Assembly (NCBI RefSeq): GCF_964355755.1
Contig: NC_092673.1
Location: 29,633,648 to 29,697,647 of the forward strand
Direction: 5' to 3'
DNA: 64,000 nucleotides
DNA from: Antedon mediterranea
Taxonomy: Eukaryota > Animalia > Echinodermata
Shown here: piece by piece, positions 26,901 through 40,400 of the stretch
Numbering within the stretch: position 1 is the first letter of the stretch
How the letters are laid out: every line of letters begins with the position of its first letter
Notes under the pieces: generated by a model
What the model saw: only the letters and a program-made list of their open reading frames with translations
Told to the model about the DNA's origin: nothing
Database searches by the model: none
Made by a program: the position numbers and the translations under genes

Positions 26901-29900
26901 AATAAAAGAATTGATGATGTTTGTAACATGTTATCAGCTACAAATTGATAGACTTTTTTTAGCACAATATTCTTATATTAATACAGTTGAAAATAATTGT
27001 CTCTATTGCAATTACTGTATATGGTTCTCTCTGATGTGCTTTTGCGTATTCTTGATCATATTCCACGTCTTTTTTTATTGAGTTTTTCTACAAGAGCATA
27101 TTGAATAAAACAAATGATTTTGTGACAAAGCTAACAGTACCAATGCTCTTTACATTATATAAGTTATTAGGCATGAACTTAAAAAAATGTAAATGACTGG
27201 TCACAATTATTTAGTATGCTTGTATCCATTTGCTACTAATCTGCCTGCTCATATTTGACCTTGTGTTCTTTAGTTAGCTTTGTAATATGGTTTTTAGATT
27301 TAAAAGTTCCTTCATGGCAGCATTTTAATGACTTTATGACGTACATAGCCTTTTTACCATTTTCAAGTTTTTTATTTACAAAAAAAATGTTTGGACCTAA
27401 TTCATCTTTTCATATTCATCTTTTCATAACAAAATCCGTTCTTTCTACAATTTCAGTTTCCTATTTTTTATTTCAGACATTTTTTTATTCACCTTGTTTC
27501 CTGTTTCAATCCCACAATTCCATTATACATTTTTGTTCTTTCAATTTTAACATGTTCCTGTCGTCCTGTAGCCATTCCATCTTTTCTTCCGCAGCCCGTT
27601 TGTCTAGTACAGAAAGTGAAAGTGAGGTGACTCATCACAATGCTTGATTTTTTTCCTGTGCCCTGCGTCAGAATGATAACAAGCTAGTATGTCCCCACTA
27701 TCTAAATTCTAGTTTGCTTCTTGTTATTACTATTGACTTCCAGCTGTAGGTCTAAGCCCCATAGCCCTTACTGTGAAATGTTACCCCTAATTAACTCTGA
27801 TGTTTCCTTATAAACTTGTCACTTTGAACAAACTTTCGGATGTTTGGGAGGGAAAGAATCGCTAATTGTACAATGTTAGACAGATTGTTAACTGTAAAAA
27901 AAACAATAGATTAAAACTATTTAAAATTTTGTTACATATTGATTGCTTTTTAAAAATTAATTTTCTTTCATATTTGTGTAAAATTAAGCAATGAGGCATT
28001 GGCATAAAGCCATCTTAATCTCTCCAGAGAAATTGTATTCATCATGTATTTCCCCACATTTGTTTTTCTTTCCAATAAACAATAGTTTATTCTGTATCAC
28101 CTTGTCCTATTTATAATTTTAACGTTATTTTAATATATTTTGATTAGCTATTTAGGATGCCCTCTATCATCATAATTTATGAGTTTGTTAAAACCACAAG
28201 ACTTTCTGGTATAGTCATTACAGTCACACAAAAAGGATGGTGATGACGTACACTTCATAAAATAAAAACCAATTAAATAGCTTCTAAAAGAAAAACAAAT
28301 GAACTTAATTAAAATTGTAAAGTGTCAAGTAAAGGTATATTGATACTGATAGAATTGTTGGCATATTGTGAACTAAATTTCACTTGATTCAACTTGTGAT
28401 ATTAAAACCAGATGTAAAATAGTTTTCAGGTTGATTCAACAACATTTTGATAATCTTGACTACTGATCTTGTAATTTTGTCATCGGTTTGAGGAGTCGTC
28501 CAGGGATTTGACAACCATCTATTAGGTTTTAAACAGTCCTCAATTCCTTCAAAAGTGGTAGACTGTCATCGGCTGGTCACCAGGGACCAGATTACAAGTT
28601 TTCTTTAGTTAAAGCCGATGGAATTGCTTCTAATTGTAGCTAGGATAATTTACGAGCAGGCCCCCTTTTGTAGAACTCTTTTTCTTAACAAGATTGTCTG
28701 TTTTTAAGTAATTTAAAACATTTCAAATGTTATTTTATTTTTATTGCTAATTTTGATTATAATTTAAAATATAGATTGTAATTTATTTATTTTCTATTAT
28801 GATAAATCAAACGAAGATAATGTCATACAAAATGTTTAGTAAATTGAAAATTTGAATGCTTTGCAAACTTATTTCCATTGAAATGTTATATGTACAAAAA
28901 TTGTCAAACAATAACTAAATGAAATACACAAATATAATGGGGAAAAATTAAGAATGATGACTTCCGTTCATCACAATTTAGTGACTATGATTTTGTTCTT
29001 GGAATATGACGTATGTAAACTTGGCAATTATTTTTTTTTTTTAACTTTTGAGATCCTGCCATTTGTAAGTTTTGTGCAGAGAATTGTTGAGTGCAGTCTA
29101 GACTATTAAAATTGAGAATTCTAGAATATTATGATGGCTTGAAAACGCTTTTATTCAAGTGTATACTATTTGAACTAGAAATGTCTTGTTGTTGGTTACA
29201 TTTTAGCAGAAATTCATATTTTTTTGTTTAAACTTTCAATTCTAGTATATGATTAAAAAAAAAGTTTCTTTAGAAAGTTTAAAATTATTTGTAACAAGTA
29301 AGCAGACAGAGGCAATGAATTACGTTGCCCAGTTCACACTCCTAAAACATTAAAATTGAATAAGAAATGTTTTAAATGGTTAATTTCCTTTCTTCTATCA
29401 ACACTTGATTACATTAATGTTAAAAACATTGGCAATTCAAAACAATATTATTGTAGTAACCCATTCATTTTCATGAAAATACAAAGAAAATATCTACAAA
29501 AATAGTAAACAATTAATTTTTTCTAAACAAATCTTTGATTTGCAACATTATGGCTATATGTTTTTTCACATTATAGGTCTAGTAAAATCTCTAAAATGTG
29601 ACCCGTGGAATACTTTTACAAATAATTAAACTTGTTGACATTAAACTTAGCCTAGAGCTAAATGTTTAGATATGATTTACTTCTAATCAATCATATTATA
29701 TGTAATGAATTTTAGAAAATAATTAAATTCTATTTAAATGTCGGATCATAAAATATGATATATGAATTATGTGACTTTAATATTTGCCAATAATGTAAAA
29801 TAATTAAATTGTAGTTAATTATCCGTAGATTTGGATAAAGTGATTGATAATAATTAGCACATTAAAGTTATATTTAACTTACATGGATAAATACCATTTT

Positions 29901-31474
29901 ATAAATTGATAATTATTTTTGTGTTTTTTTTTCTGTGAAATATAGAATAATAATCCATTTGATAGTAAAAGTTCTTGTAAGACCTGGTCACACGTACTTA
30001 ATAAATTAAGTATTTGTAATAATTGTCTATTAATTATGGGTACTTTAGTTGGATCCCTTGTGAATATTAGCAATTGTGTTCATAGTTCAATCTTTCAAGG
30101 TTTTCAATTTCACAAGGGTCTAATTTACCTACAAGTTCTTATAATGAGAAGTTGAACAAAACCAGTGTTTTATTTACGAAGATTTAGATTTCTACATAAA
30201 TGATATGTAGAATTAGTTCATTCATTAGTTAAATCAAATATTGATATTGATTGATCTGTTGGGAACAATTATCGACCAGTAGTGACATTTCTTTCCAGGC
30301 GCATCATTAATGTTAACAACATTTTCATAATTTATACCATATATTTAAATTATTTATTAATTTGTATGATAAATAATGTAAAATATTTTCAGTGGTAAAT
30401 TCAGAGCAGAAAACGTACTATCAACTCAACCTTTGTCATTGTATTTTGTCAAGGGGAACATGGACTGGTCAGTCCTCCTCCTCTGTTAGTTTGCAGGATG
30501 TTATGATATTAGAAAGATGGAGCTCAGCTTTTTCATTCATAATTCAACCATCAATATTTTATTTTGGTAAAAGTAAAACTGACAATGAGTTAATATGGCA
30601 GATTATGATTTATGGAAACAATAGTCTAGTGATCTATTAGAGATTATAGAACACAAATAAATAGTTGTTACTGATTACAATTACTGAAAAGCACATTATT
30701 CAAAAATTAGAAAAGATTTAACATTAAAAGCCTAGGTTTTCCCTCAGGAAAGATAGAACTGAAAGCACTAATCTACTCTTGTATAAACTGCGCATTGCAA
30801 CAGATTTCACGAAATAAACCAATTTGGAATATTATGAACAATTGGAAGAAAGTTGTCAACTTGCAATGAAAGTGATTTAAAGAATTTGTTTAGAAAAATA
30901 TCCCTGATTAGGTTCAATATCTCCACTTGATCTAAAAAAAAAACTTAGAAAGTATGTAAAATTGTTTGAAAAGTTTGTTTAGGTAGTAATATTTGAAATA
31001 ATTTACAAAATGTACCAATAGTTTGTTTGTTTTATCTATTGATAAACTTTTTCTGCCAACCATTATTTTTATATATTTTGTAGGAGAGCATCTATATGGT
31101 TATTTTATACAAGCTATATTTTACTATGTACTTTACTACAGTGCTTTTCAAATGGTAGCATTATAACTGACTAGTACAATTTATTAAGTACTATTATTTG
31201 TTTGAAAAATTGCCAGTTGTATTTTGGATTAAAACTACTTGATTTAACTAAAATTTGTGGATTTTATAATAGACACATAATTACCTCCATTGGGGATAAC
31301 AGGGGAAAAGTTTAATGGATGGGAAATAAGCGGCATATAAAAGTATTCAAGCAGGAAGTGAGGTAATGATTTGTGTTTTTTCTGGTTTGTGGTATTCATC
31401 TTTGTCACCATCATATTTCATCTGTACAGTAGTTCAGGGTCAATGCAACCAACAGAACTTGACTTACATAATTT

Positions 31475-31496
31475 GAGGAGGAGGAGGAGGAGGAGG
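31475..31496. repeat. (GAG)n microsatellite
   Basis: Visible directly. Confidence 0.85.
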
Positions 31497-34400
31497 TAAA
31501 CAAAAACATCAAGTTGAATTATTTTATGATTTTAATTTGTATATTCTTTGTTTTAAATGTAGTTTTATCAATAATAATGCTATAAATTGTGTAATACCTG
31601 GATTGATTAAAAGATTATTACATCCCAAGGGTAGTAGTCACAGCAAAATGATGAGATTTTACATTTTTAATAAAATATTTTTTTGTTTTAATAATAAAAA
31701 ATATCTTTAATATAGATGTTTTATTTCAAATTGTGCAAAGTAAGAATAAACAACAGACAAAAATATACTATTATATCCATATATTTATGAATTAACAATG
31801 TATACACAAAGAATTGTTGTTAGTCATTTCCATAGTAACAACAAGTTATTTAAATTTGTCCCAGGTGAACTAACACCAACTGTCAAAAACCAAAAAAAAA
31901 AACACATACCATTAATATATTTTAAGCAATAATTGTCCCCTTGTGTCAAATTTACTAAATTGTTTGATTAACACACAAACGCTGTGATGACTTCCTAAAG
32001 CCCTTTTCAACTTCCTGCTTGAATCTATTACTTTTCCATAGTGGATAATTTTTTAAATACTATTATATATTTATCACTTTTGTTTATATTTATGTTTATT
32101 AAAGTCATAGATATTATTTGGTATACTTAAAATGCACAGTAGGTATAAAAACAATTGTGAAATAATTATGTAACTTTCTAGACTTACTTAAAACATAGAT
32201 TCCTCCATCCCCTTCTTTCAAATCTCAGTCCTTGTTCTTGTATCTCCGAATTACGAGCCATTTTTTTCCCTTCAGATACTTCAATTCAAGTATTTTTTTC
32301 ATTTTCTCCTAAATATTTGTCAATAATTATTTACACTATCATTTTTATGAATAATTTCCGTATCATTTGAAGATTTTTATTTTGTATTTCCATCAAAGTA
32401 GAAAAAAATATATGGTAATAAACTAATATCAATAAATTTAGTTGGAGGGGATATTAAAAACTGAATTTTATTAAAGCCGCTAGGGACTCTTATAGTAAAA
32501 CATGATTTTTAAATGTTCACCGCCAAATAAAATTGACCCCTTAGCCTCCCAAAATTGTGATGACTTGATTGGAGTATCATTTTCAATGGAGAAGGATGAG
32601 TTACAGACAGAGTGGAGCCAGAATCTGCAGAATACATCTGCTAGAGTCATCCAAACACTCAAACTACCACATAAAAATACAAACAAGTGTACATAAATTT
32701 TCTCCTGCATCTCAACTGGCCTTGTACTAGCGAAATTCCTCAGGGTTTAATGAGGTCAAAGGTCTGCCATTCTGTTTTTGAAATTTGTTCAACTTTGTTA
32801 ATGGGTGCATTTGAGATCCTGATCAAAAACCCTATAATTTTTGTTGGAATTCATTTTATATTAGCATGATTTTTGTAGGGTCATAACTTCCAGGTTTCCG
32901 TCGTCTCTGGATTACTTACAAAGCAGTAAGGTGGTTCTTAAATCATTCTATTGATAATCAATATTTTGTCATTAAATATTTGACATTAATAATTATAATT
33001 TTCATATTTGTATAGGTTTTGAAAAATAAGATATCCACCTACTAGTGCTGTGCTCCATATATTCATAGTTTTAACGTCTTTCCTCATGCATAACTTTATT
33101 TTATTAAGATTAAAAAAGTAGATCGATTCCTTGACCTCTACAATTTATACATCAAAACTTTTCAACAAATTTGACTATTAAGTTCTCAGCATTTTGGCCA
33201 GAACTGTTGACAAGCAAATGGTCTTTCAAGTCGGGTTTAATTTCCACGGCAACCCAATCACAAAAGTACACTACCCTAATTTGGTATTGTAAAAATAATT
33301 AGTTGATACATCTTCATACTTTTAAATTTATAACAGGTTTTTTTGCCTATATCTGATATCAAGGGCCATGTTACACCTTTTGTACTTAAAAGGTTCATAG
33401 TACTTAATTTAAGTAGCATCCTTTGATGTGTGTATTATTTACAGTTAATGAAACAAACTTTTCTCCACTAAACTCAATAAATCAATCAGTTCTACTGGTC
33501 TATTTTCTCCTTGGGCCATTTTATTTCAAGCATGGGTGAGTGATTTACCTAATCAGTGAGATACTGTTACAAAGTTACTATATCGAGAAAGTTTTCCATG
33601 CTTTTTAAATGAATGTTCTGTTTATAAACTAGTAGGTTTCATTTAAACGCTTTGGTAGTGACTTAGAACAGGTGGTTTAACAAAAATTTGATACCAATTA
33701 AAACAAATTCAAGCAAATTTGGACCTACTTTTTGGCCTGTTGATAGTTCATATCTGAATATGAAGGTATCCTAATAAACTTATTGACAGAAAAGAGACCA
33801 TACCCATAATGTTATTTATACTTTTTAAATTTTGAGGTGCATCATTTGTCACAAGTTGCACTTCATACAACTCGTCGACTTGTCGTTTTACCAGGATTTA
33901 TATATCGTTATATACAGTATATCACTTACAATGTTAGCCTGTGTCGTTTGATGGAAGTCTAATCTAGATGGATTGTCCTATTGAATACGCTCATTAAATA
34001 CAGTAAATATCTACACAGTGGTTTAGCATAGCATTCCCAACGGTTAGCCTCAATACCCAAAAGAATAATCACAAATCGTAGCACAATTAGTGTACCATTC
34101 TTCCGCCGTACGTTTCGTCTCTACTCTCTTTTTTTTTGTTTCTACAACTGGCGCCAGAATGTGGCCAAATTTTAGATCGTTAGTTCATGATGAAATAATA
34201 TAATTGGAAGTTATTAATTTCAAAATCCTATTTCTTTTATATCATAAGTACTTAATAGGATTACTTTGAATTATGTAATATTAAGTTTATTCATGAACAA
34301 GTTGAAAATACCCAATGATTATGAATATTTATATTGTTAACATTAATTAACTGTTAACTAATGAAATTCAGAAAAGCAAGTTTAAATTTGTTTTTTTGTT

Positions 34401-37400
34401 GTAAACATTCTAGATAGATGTTTTATACTTTATACCATCTTGGTTTTTTTTGTTAGTTGTTATTTTTCATTTATTAATAAGTCTTTTTTTTAATTATTTT
34501 TTTTTTATTTACTGTATATTAGTTAGAAGTTTTGTTTTTAATATCAACATTATTGTATTATATATGACTTTGTTATACTAGATTAGCTAAACTATCAAAA
34601 ACAAGTGACCAAGACTTAGCTTATAGCTATTCATCAACATCATTGTAATTATATTTTGTTGTAAATATTTTTGAGTCAAATCATTAGGGAGCTGATTTGA
34701 ATTCTCTTTTTATTGGAGTGTTGACAACATTAGATGCAAGGTACGGTTACGCATCATTTCTCAACCGTTTTCTCACAAAGTATTGTCCTCCATACTTTGA
34801 AGTATCCGCAACCTTTTGCGTAGATAATAGGCAATGTTACGCAGCAATCTGTTACCGTGTTTGTTTATGGTTGCCATTAGACAAATTTTTGGCTTATCAT
34901 TTTAATATTTATGGCCATTCTTAACCAATTTCAATACTTTCTTTGTTTGAGTAGCAAAATGCTTTTAGGATTACTTTGTGATTCTGCTATAGCTTTTTTT
35001 AAACAAGAAAAGAATATTATTTTTTTCCACACATATTCATTGTATAGAATATCTCTTGTCTCATCATACTTAGAAGCTAGTTGCCTTCTTCACTTACATT
35101 GTTTAGTCTGCTATAAGACAGTATTAACTCTCTTATTTTATTACCGTACATAATGTTATCCTCAATAAAAAATAATTTTATGAAAGCCTCTATTCAGTGC
35201 CATATATATTTATTTTATTATTCTAATTATTATACCCTTGTCAAATTCCCAAGAAAGCTAATAGGAACCTCAATTAACATAATAATTAAATAAAGTCTAA
35301 TAATAGTAGACATGAGTAGATAGAGCAGCTATATTTACTTTGAATTGATACACAAACCTACATGTCTCAAGTGTGGGTGTATTTTTATTGAACAAATTCA
35401 ACAATATTTGCGAACAAGCGGTAACAAAATCAGGCCAATTGTTCTATAAATACTCAGTTTGACCATCCACTTGAATCGGCCACTTCAAACTGACCACTTG
35501 TTTGAACAAGGTATGTAATTGACCAAATTATTACACGTTATGGATATTGTTTAACCCGTTTTTATTCCAGTCTGTAAGACGATACATCAAATACAGTGTA
35601 GTACCATACACCGGCCTAGAGAGGGAGTATTGGCTCTTGGGCTACAATCAGAATTTTGTTAAATTTTTAGGCTTATAGTTTCTTTTAGCTTAATTCAATC
35701 GCAAGTGGTGTATTACTATTATACGATGCAATGATTTAAAAAAAAAATATATTTTCCGCTTTGATGGAAATATGTATTATCTTCCACAGGCAATTTTTAT
35801 GTATAGCTTTGCTGTAGTAGTATGTCTATTTGCCCTTCTATGAAACACTCCACTGGCCTAGATTTGTTGATTAGTAACATGATGACTATCTAATTTTTGT
35901 CCATTTTACCATTATTTATTATGGTTTTATTTCTATAAATAAAAGTATAGAAAATAATTTCTATTTTTACTATTCTCTAGGTATAAAACAAAATTTAGTA
36001 TAAAATCAGAGTGAGTTAAAAAAAATGTAAGGAGGAAAATATATTGTGGTTTAAACATGTTTGTAGAGCTTTCATTAATATATTCCTGTTGCTTTGTTAA
36101 TGTTATACCTATATGAAGAGAATGTATACGGTTACAGTGTGATCGCTTGGAGGTGCTAAGTAGGTCTTGTTTGTGCAAATTTACTCTTTTTCATTCCATT
36201 CAACAGACTCAAACGCTTGTTCAAACGTAAAGGCAGAAAATGAGGTTACGCAGAATGCATTTCATTGCTAACTTTAAAAAAACCTCTGACCGCAAATAAA
36301 CCTTTATGTTTTTCACAATGGTAGAAAAGCCCTGCATCTGTCTGTAGTCTTCATGTTTTCAATAAAACGATTCTGAAGACGATTTATTAAAGATTTATAT
36401 GATAATGAAGGGAATACCTCAAAATAAATAGAACTGGGTTATTTGTAATTTTGGTAAAATAAACCCCAAAGACAGATTCGTTTTTTTGTTACTCTTCAGA
36501 TTCCAATTTCACTTTGGGAACAAAGAATGCTTCAGAATTCTTTGGAGGAAAATTATTGACTTGTCAACATAATTTAATAGAAGATAAATAAACAGGAATG
36601 TGGCTTCTATGTTTGACATAAAGAAAACCATTTCATGTCTATTTATAGCAATTTTGATTATTTCAGAGTTTATGATTATTTTTTCAAGAACAAGGGGGAA
36701 ATATTTATTATAACTTAAAATAGGTCATGCAGAAATTACTGTATTTTAAATTTATATTTATGTTTAAAAGTATTTTAAATATTTATTTTAATTTTAAATA
36801 TTTTAGTCGGTTTAGTTTCCTGCAAGATTCAGTAAATCATTATTTTAAATTAATTCATTTTTAATAATATTTTTCTCTTGGTGGAATTTTCTACTTTTTT
36901 CTCTTAATACAAAAGATTGTTTGTAATGTTATTTATACTCCATATACATTGTTTACCATGTTTGTTTTCTATTATTTAATTGTCTGTATGGAAATTAATG
37001 TGAAATAAATACATTTGACCATTAGTTAATGTTGACCATTTTCAAAACATTGCTCTTTGACAATTCATTAGTTCATTTATTTTGTAGCTTCTGAAACAAG
37101 CAGGAAATTATTAGCATGTATTGTATGTAGGAATGTTACGCTCGATAACTTGTATGATTTCCGTCAAAAACAATTTTTGCAGTTGTTCTGGTTGTAAACT
37201 TGTTGACATTGTTCGTTAGCTTTATTTCCTTGATAACTATGTTCATTTTTACTAACATTTATTTGTTTTCTATTTTATAATCAAGGAAGGAAGACTTGAT
37301 AATAACAAAAAATCATTAAAAGTATACAATCATTGTGATCCTTTGCAGAATAATATTTAAATAATAACATTTTTTTTTAATGAATTTGAAGTGAGCGTAA

Positions 37401-40400
37401 TTAAATTTTGTATAAATGTTAAGTCCTGGTATTAATGTCAGTGTTAGTTGCTAGGAGACCGAACACAAACGACATTTCCCTACTGTCTTGGTTAAAGGAC
37501 AGAGGAAGTGTTTTCATCAAGTGGTTTATAATTTTAAAATCGTTTTTCAAATGAATTCGAACAAAAAAGGACTGAAATGTGATGACATGTATTTTTCTGT
37601 TGGTGAAACTCTGTAGCGATCATTATGTACTTACAAGGAGAGAATAAATATGCCATTAATTTAGACTTAAAGGTTTGTGTAATATTAGAAAAGTCGCACA
37701 ATGAAAATGAGAAAAATTAGTGGAAGTATTCACAACTTTTTAAACAAAGGATATATTTGTAACAAATTACATAACACATTGGTGCTAAGGAATTTCATAA
37801 ATGACTTGATATTTCAAAAGAATTGGCCGTCATTTAATCTATGTGTAAATCATGTCTGATTTGCTGCGTCATTTTCTACTACCGTAATTCTGACCCTCCT
37901 TTGGATGCGTTTCATATCATTTCTAGCATTTTAAAATTATCTTTTTATTATTGCGTTGTTAAGCTAATCATCATTATGTACGAGTGTGTAGACAAAGAGG
38001 CTAGTCAGAAAAGAGGCTAGTTAGGACAAAAAAATAATGTTTTTCCTCTTGTTCCCAGATCATTGCAAATAAAATGGAGTATAAATATACGATTTGATTA
38101 GAAAAATCACAAATAATTAAAATTTGTAACATTGACACCTTACTAAAATCACCTAAATAAATAATTTAAATCTCTGGTTATAGTGACAGTGAGATTTGAA
38201 TAAACTTATTACAGTCAAAGTCAACCGCGTTAAAAAGTGAGAAAAAAGTACAAATTGTAATTTGCATCTACTACCAGCTCGTCGGCGGCGGCGGAGAATC
38301 AGGTATTGAAGATGGTAGAAAGAACCCTGACCTTACTGTTCAGGTGAATAACCACTAACTTATTTTTCCATCAGTAATCTTACAGTGACTAGATTACTTA
38401 TTTCAGATTCTTATCCTTGGGGAATCGAATCGGCTTCTTTCCCCACACTGCCAAAACGAAAACCCGTCTAATTCACTGTTACACTTGAGCCGTTCGAGCA
38501 AGATGACGAAGCTTGAATTATTGATGAATCTTTGTGATTGCTTCGGTTCGCGCCCATGCGATACTGACTTGTAAAGGCAAGCTAGCGAAACGGCAAACTC
38601 TCCTGGGTCGACTGCTTGTTCCATACCATTAACTATTTGTAGTTAGTATGTTGAGTATTGCTTCATACCTTGCTATTGTATCTTTTACTCAATACAATTA
38701 TTGGCAATGTGCTTTAAACTGTAGATAGGGAATGCTATTCAAGATACTAAGTGATGAAAATAACAACTTCCATTTCCCAGTTGTAGTCCAATTTTTAAAG
38801 TTGATGCAATAATTCAATAATCTTAATGCTGTTATTGAGTTGTTTTACAGTATTATTGAGGGTTGGAATGATAAATGTGTGTGTGTCCAAGCAAAAAAAA
38901 AACAAACAAAAAAACAATTGTTTGTGTTGGATAACTTAAAAGAAGTATATAGGCCAATGTCAACAGTAACTTGTGTGTACAAAGTTTCTACTATTGTAGA
39001 ATATACTGTAGGTGTACTATTTTATACTAAATCCTATTTATTAATTGTAGATTAAACAAATATGTCTGCTAATTTGAAGTACATGAGAACAAAATGTAGG
39101 TAGAGTACATTTTTTTTTAAACTAGAAATAACTTAAAAGGTGATGAAGTGCACATGTACTAAAGATTGTTGCAATTGTGACGCTACAGAGTGTTGTCATC
39201 AACACATTTGCCAACGAAATACTACACTTAAACTGGGGTTTATAACCTTGTGGTTATAATGAGTATTTTTCATTGAGCCATGCTTATAATTTACAGTATT
39301 TATGATGCATTTCATGAGTATTTCTTCATTGATGATCATCCTGTAAATTTTCGCGACTTTGTGTCGACACATTGAAATGGCGCCAGCCTGTAGACTTATG
39401 AACATCCCTGCAATTGTAGTAGTAGATACCTTTGTAACTTGATAAAGTAGAAAACATTATTGTAATGCAATAAAATGTACAAAGCACTGCAAGGTATATG
39501 TAGTCAAGGATTTATATGTTTCAGTGTGTGTTCACATGTTAACTTACAAACAATACTAAAAAAAAATGTTCCTTTAACAAGAGTGTCACAATGTGAACGC
39601 AACTTTCACAAAATAATGTTAATATAAAATTTGTAAAAGAAACTATGAAATGAATGGTGACAACATTAATTACTATATAATAATAATTATTATTATTATT
39701 TTAAATATTATTATATACAAGAAAATCAATTATAAATGACATTTACTATTATTAAAGAAATATTTATCATTAGAATATCTTTCTGTTAAGCTTTTCCAAC
39801 TGTTTACAGGCTTCAATAAAAACGCCATGAAATTACTAATGTAAATTAATGGTATAATATTATTTGGTTACTAAATGGAACTAACTATTTTCATTAAAGT
39901 TTTGTTTGTATTGCTATCTTTCAAAATATATTTGCTGCTAGTGTGTTTATTTTTAATTCTATACAGCTCAATATTTTATCCTGAAGTTGTTTGCAAGCCC
40001 GCCGGTTCATTATAAACTAATTGATCTATTCAGAATTCTGTTTGCTTACTTCTAATCAACTGAATTATAGAAGAATTGATTCTGTAGTTAAGTTTCACCT
40101 GAGGCGTTTAACGTGATATCTAAAGATAGGGAAATTTTGAAAATTGGAAGAACTATTAATGTATAGTAATGACTATGTAACCAATAGTATACTAAACAAA
40201 CTTATTATTGATTTTGAAAGTCGTAGAGCAACCAGACACACCTTGTATACAAGTAAATATTAAGGACACCATCTGCCATAAAAGCATGTTAGAATGTAGA
40301 AAACTTTGAATTTTGTTATGTCTGTGTTACAATTGTGTTACAATTCTTGTTAAAGTTTATTTAAAATTAGTATACTAGTAAATAAAATAATTTAACAAGA

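Noticed and set aside
27255-27647. 130-aa Phe-rich ORF as a membrane protein
   Set aside because: Explained by T-rich composition; non-ATG start and no recognisable domain.
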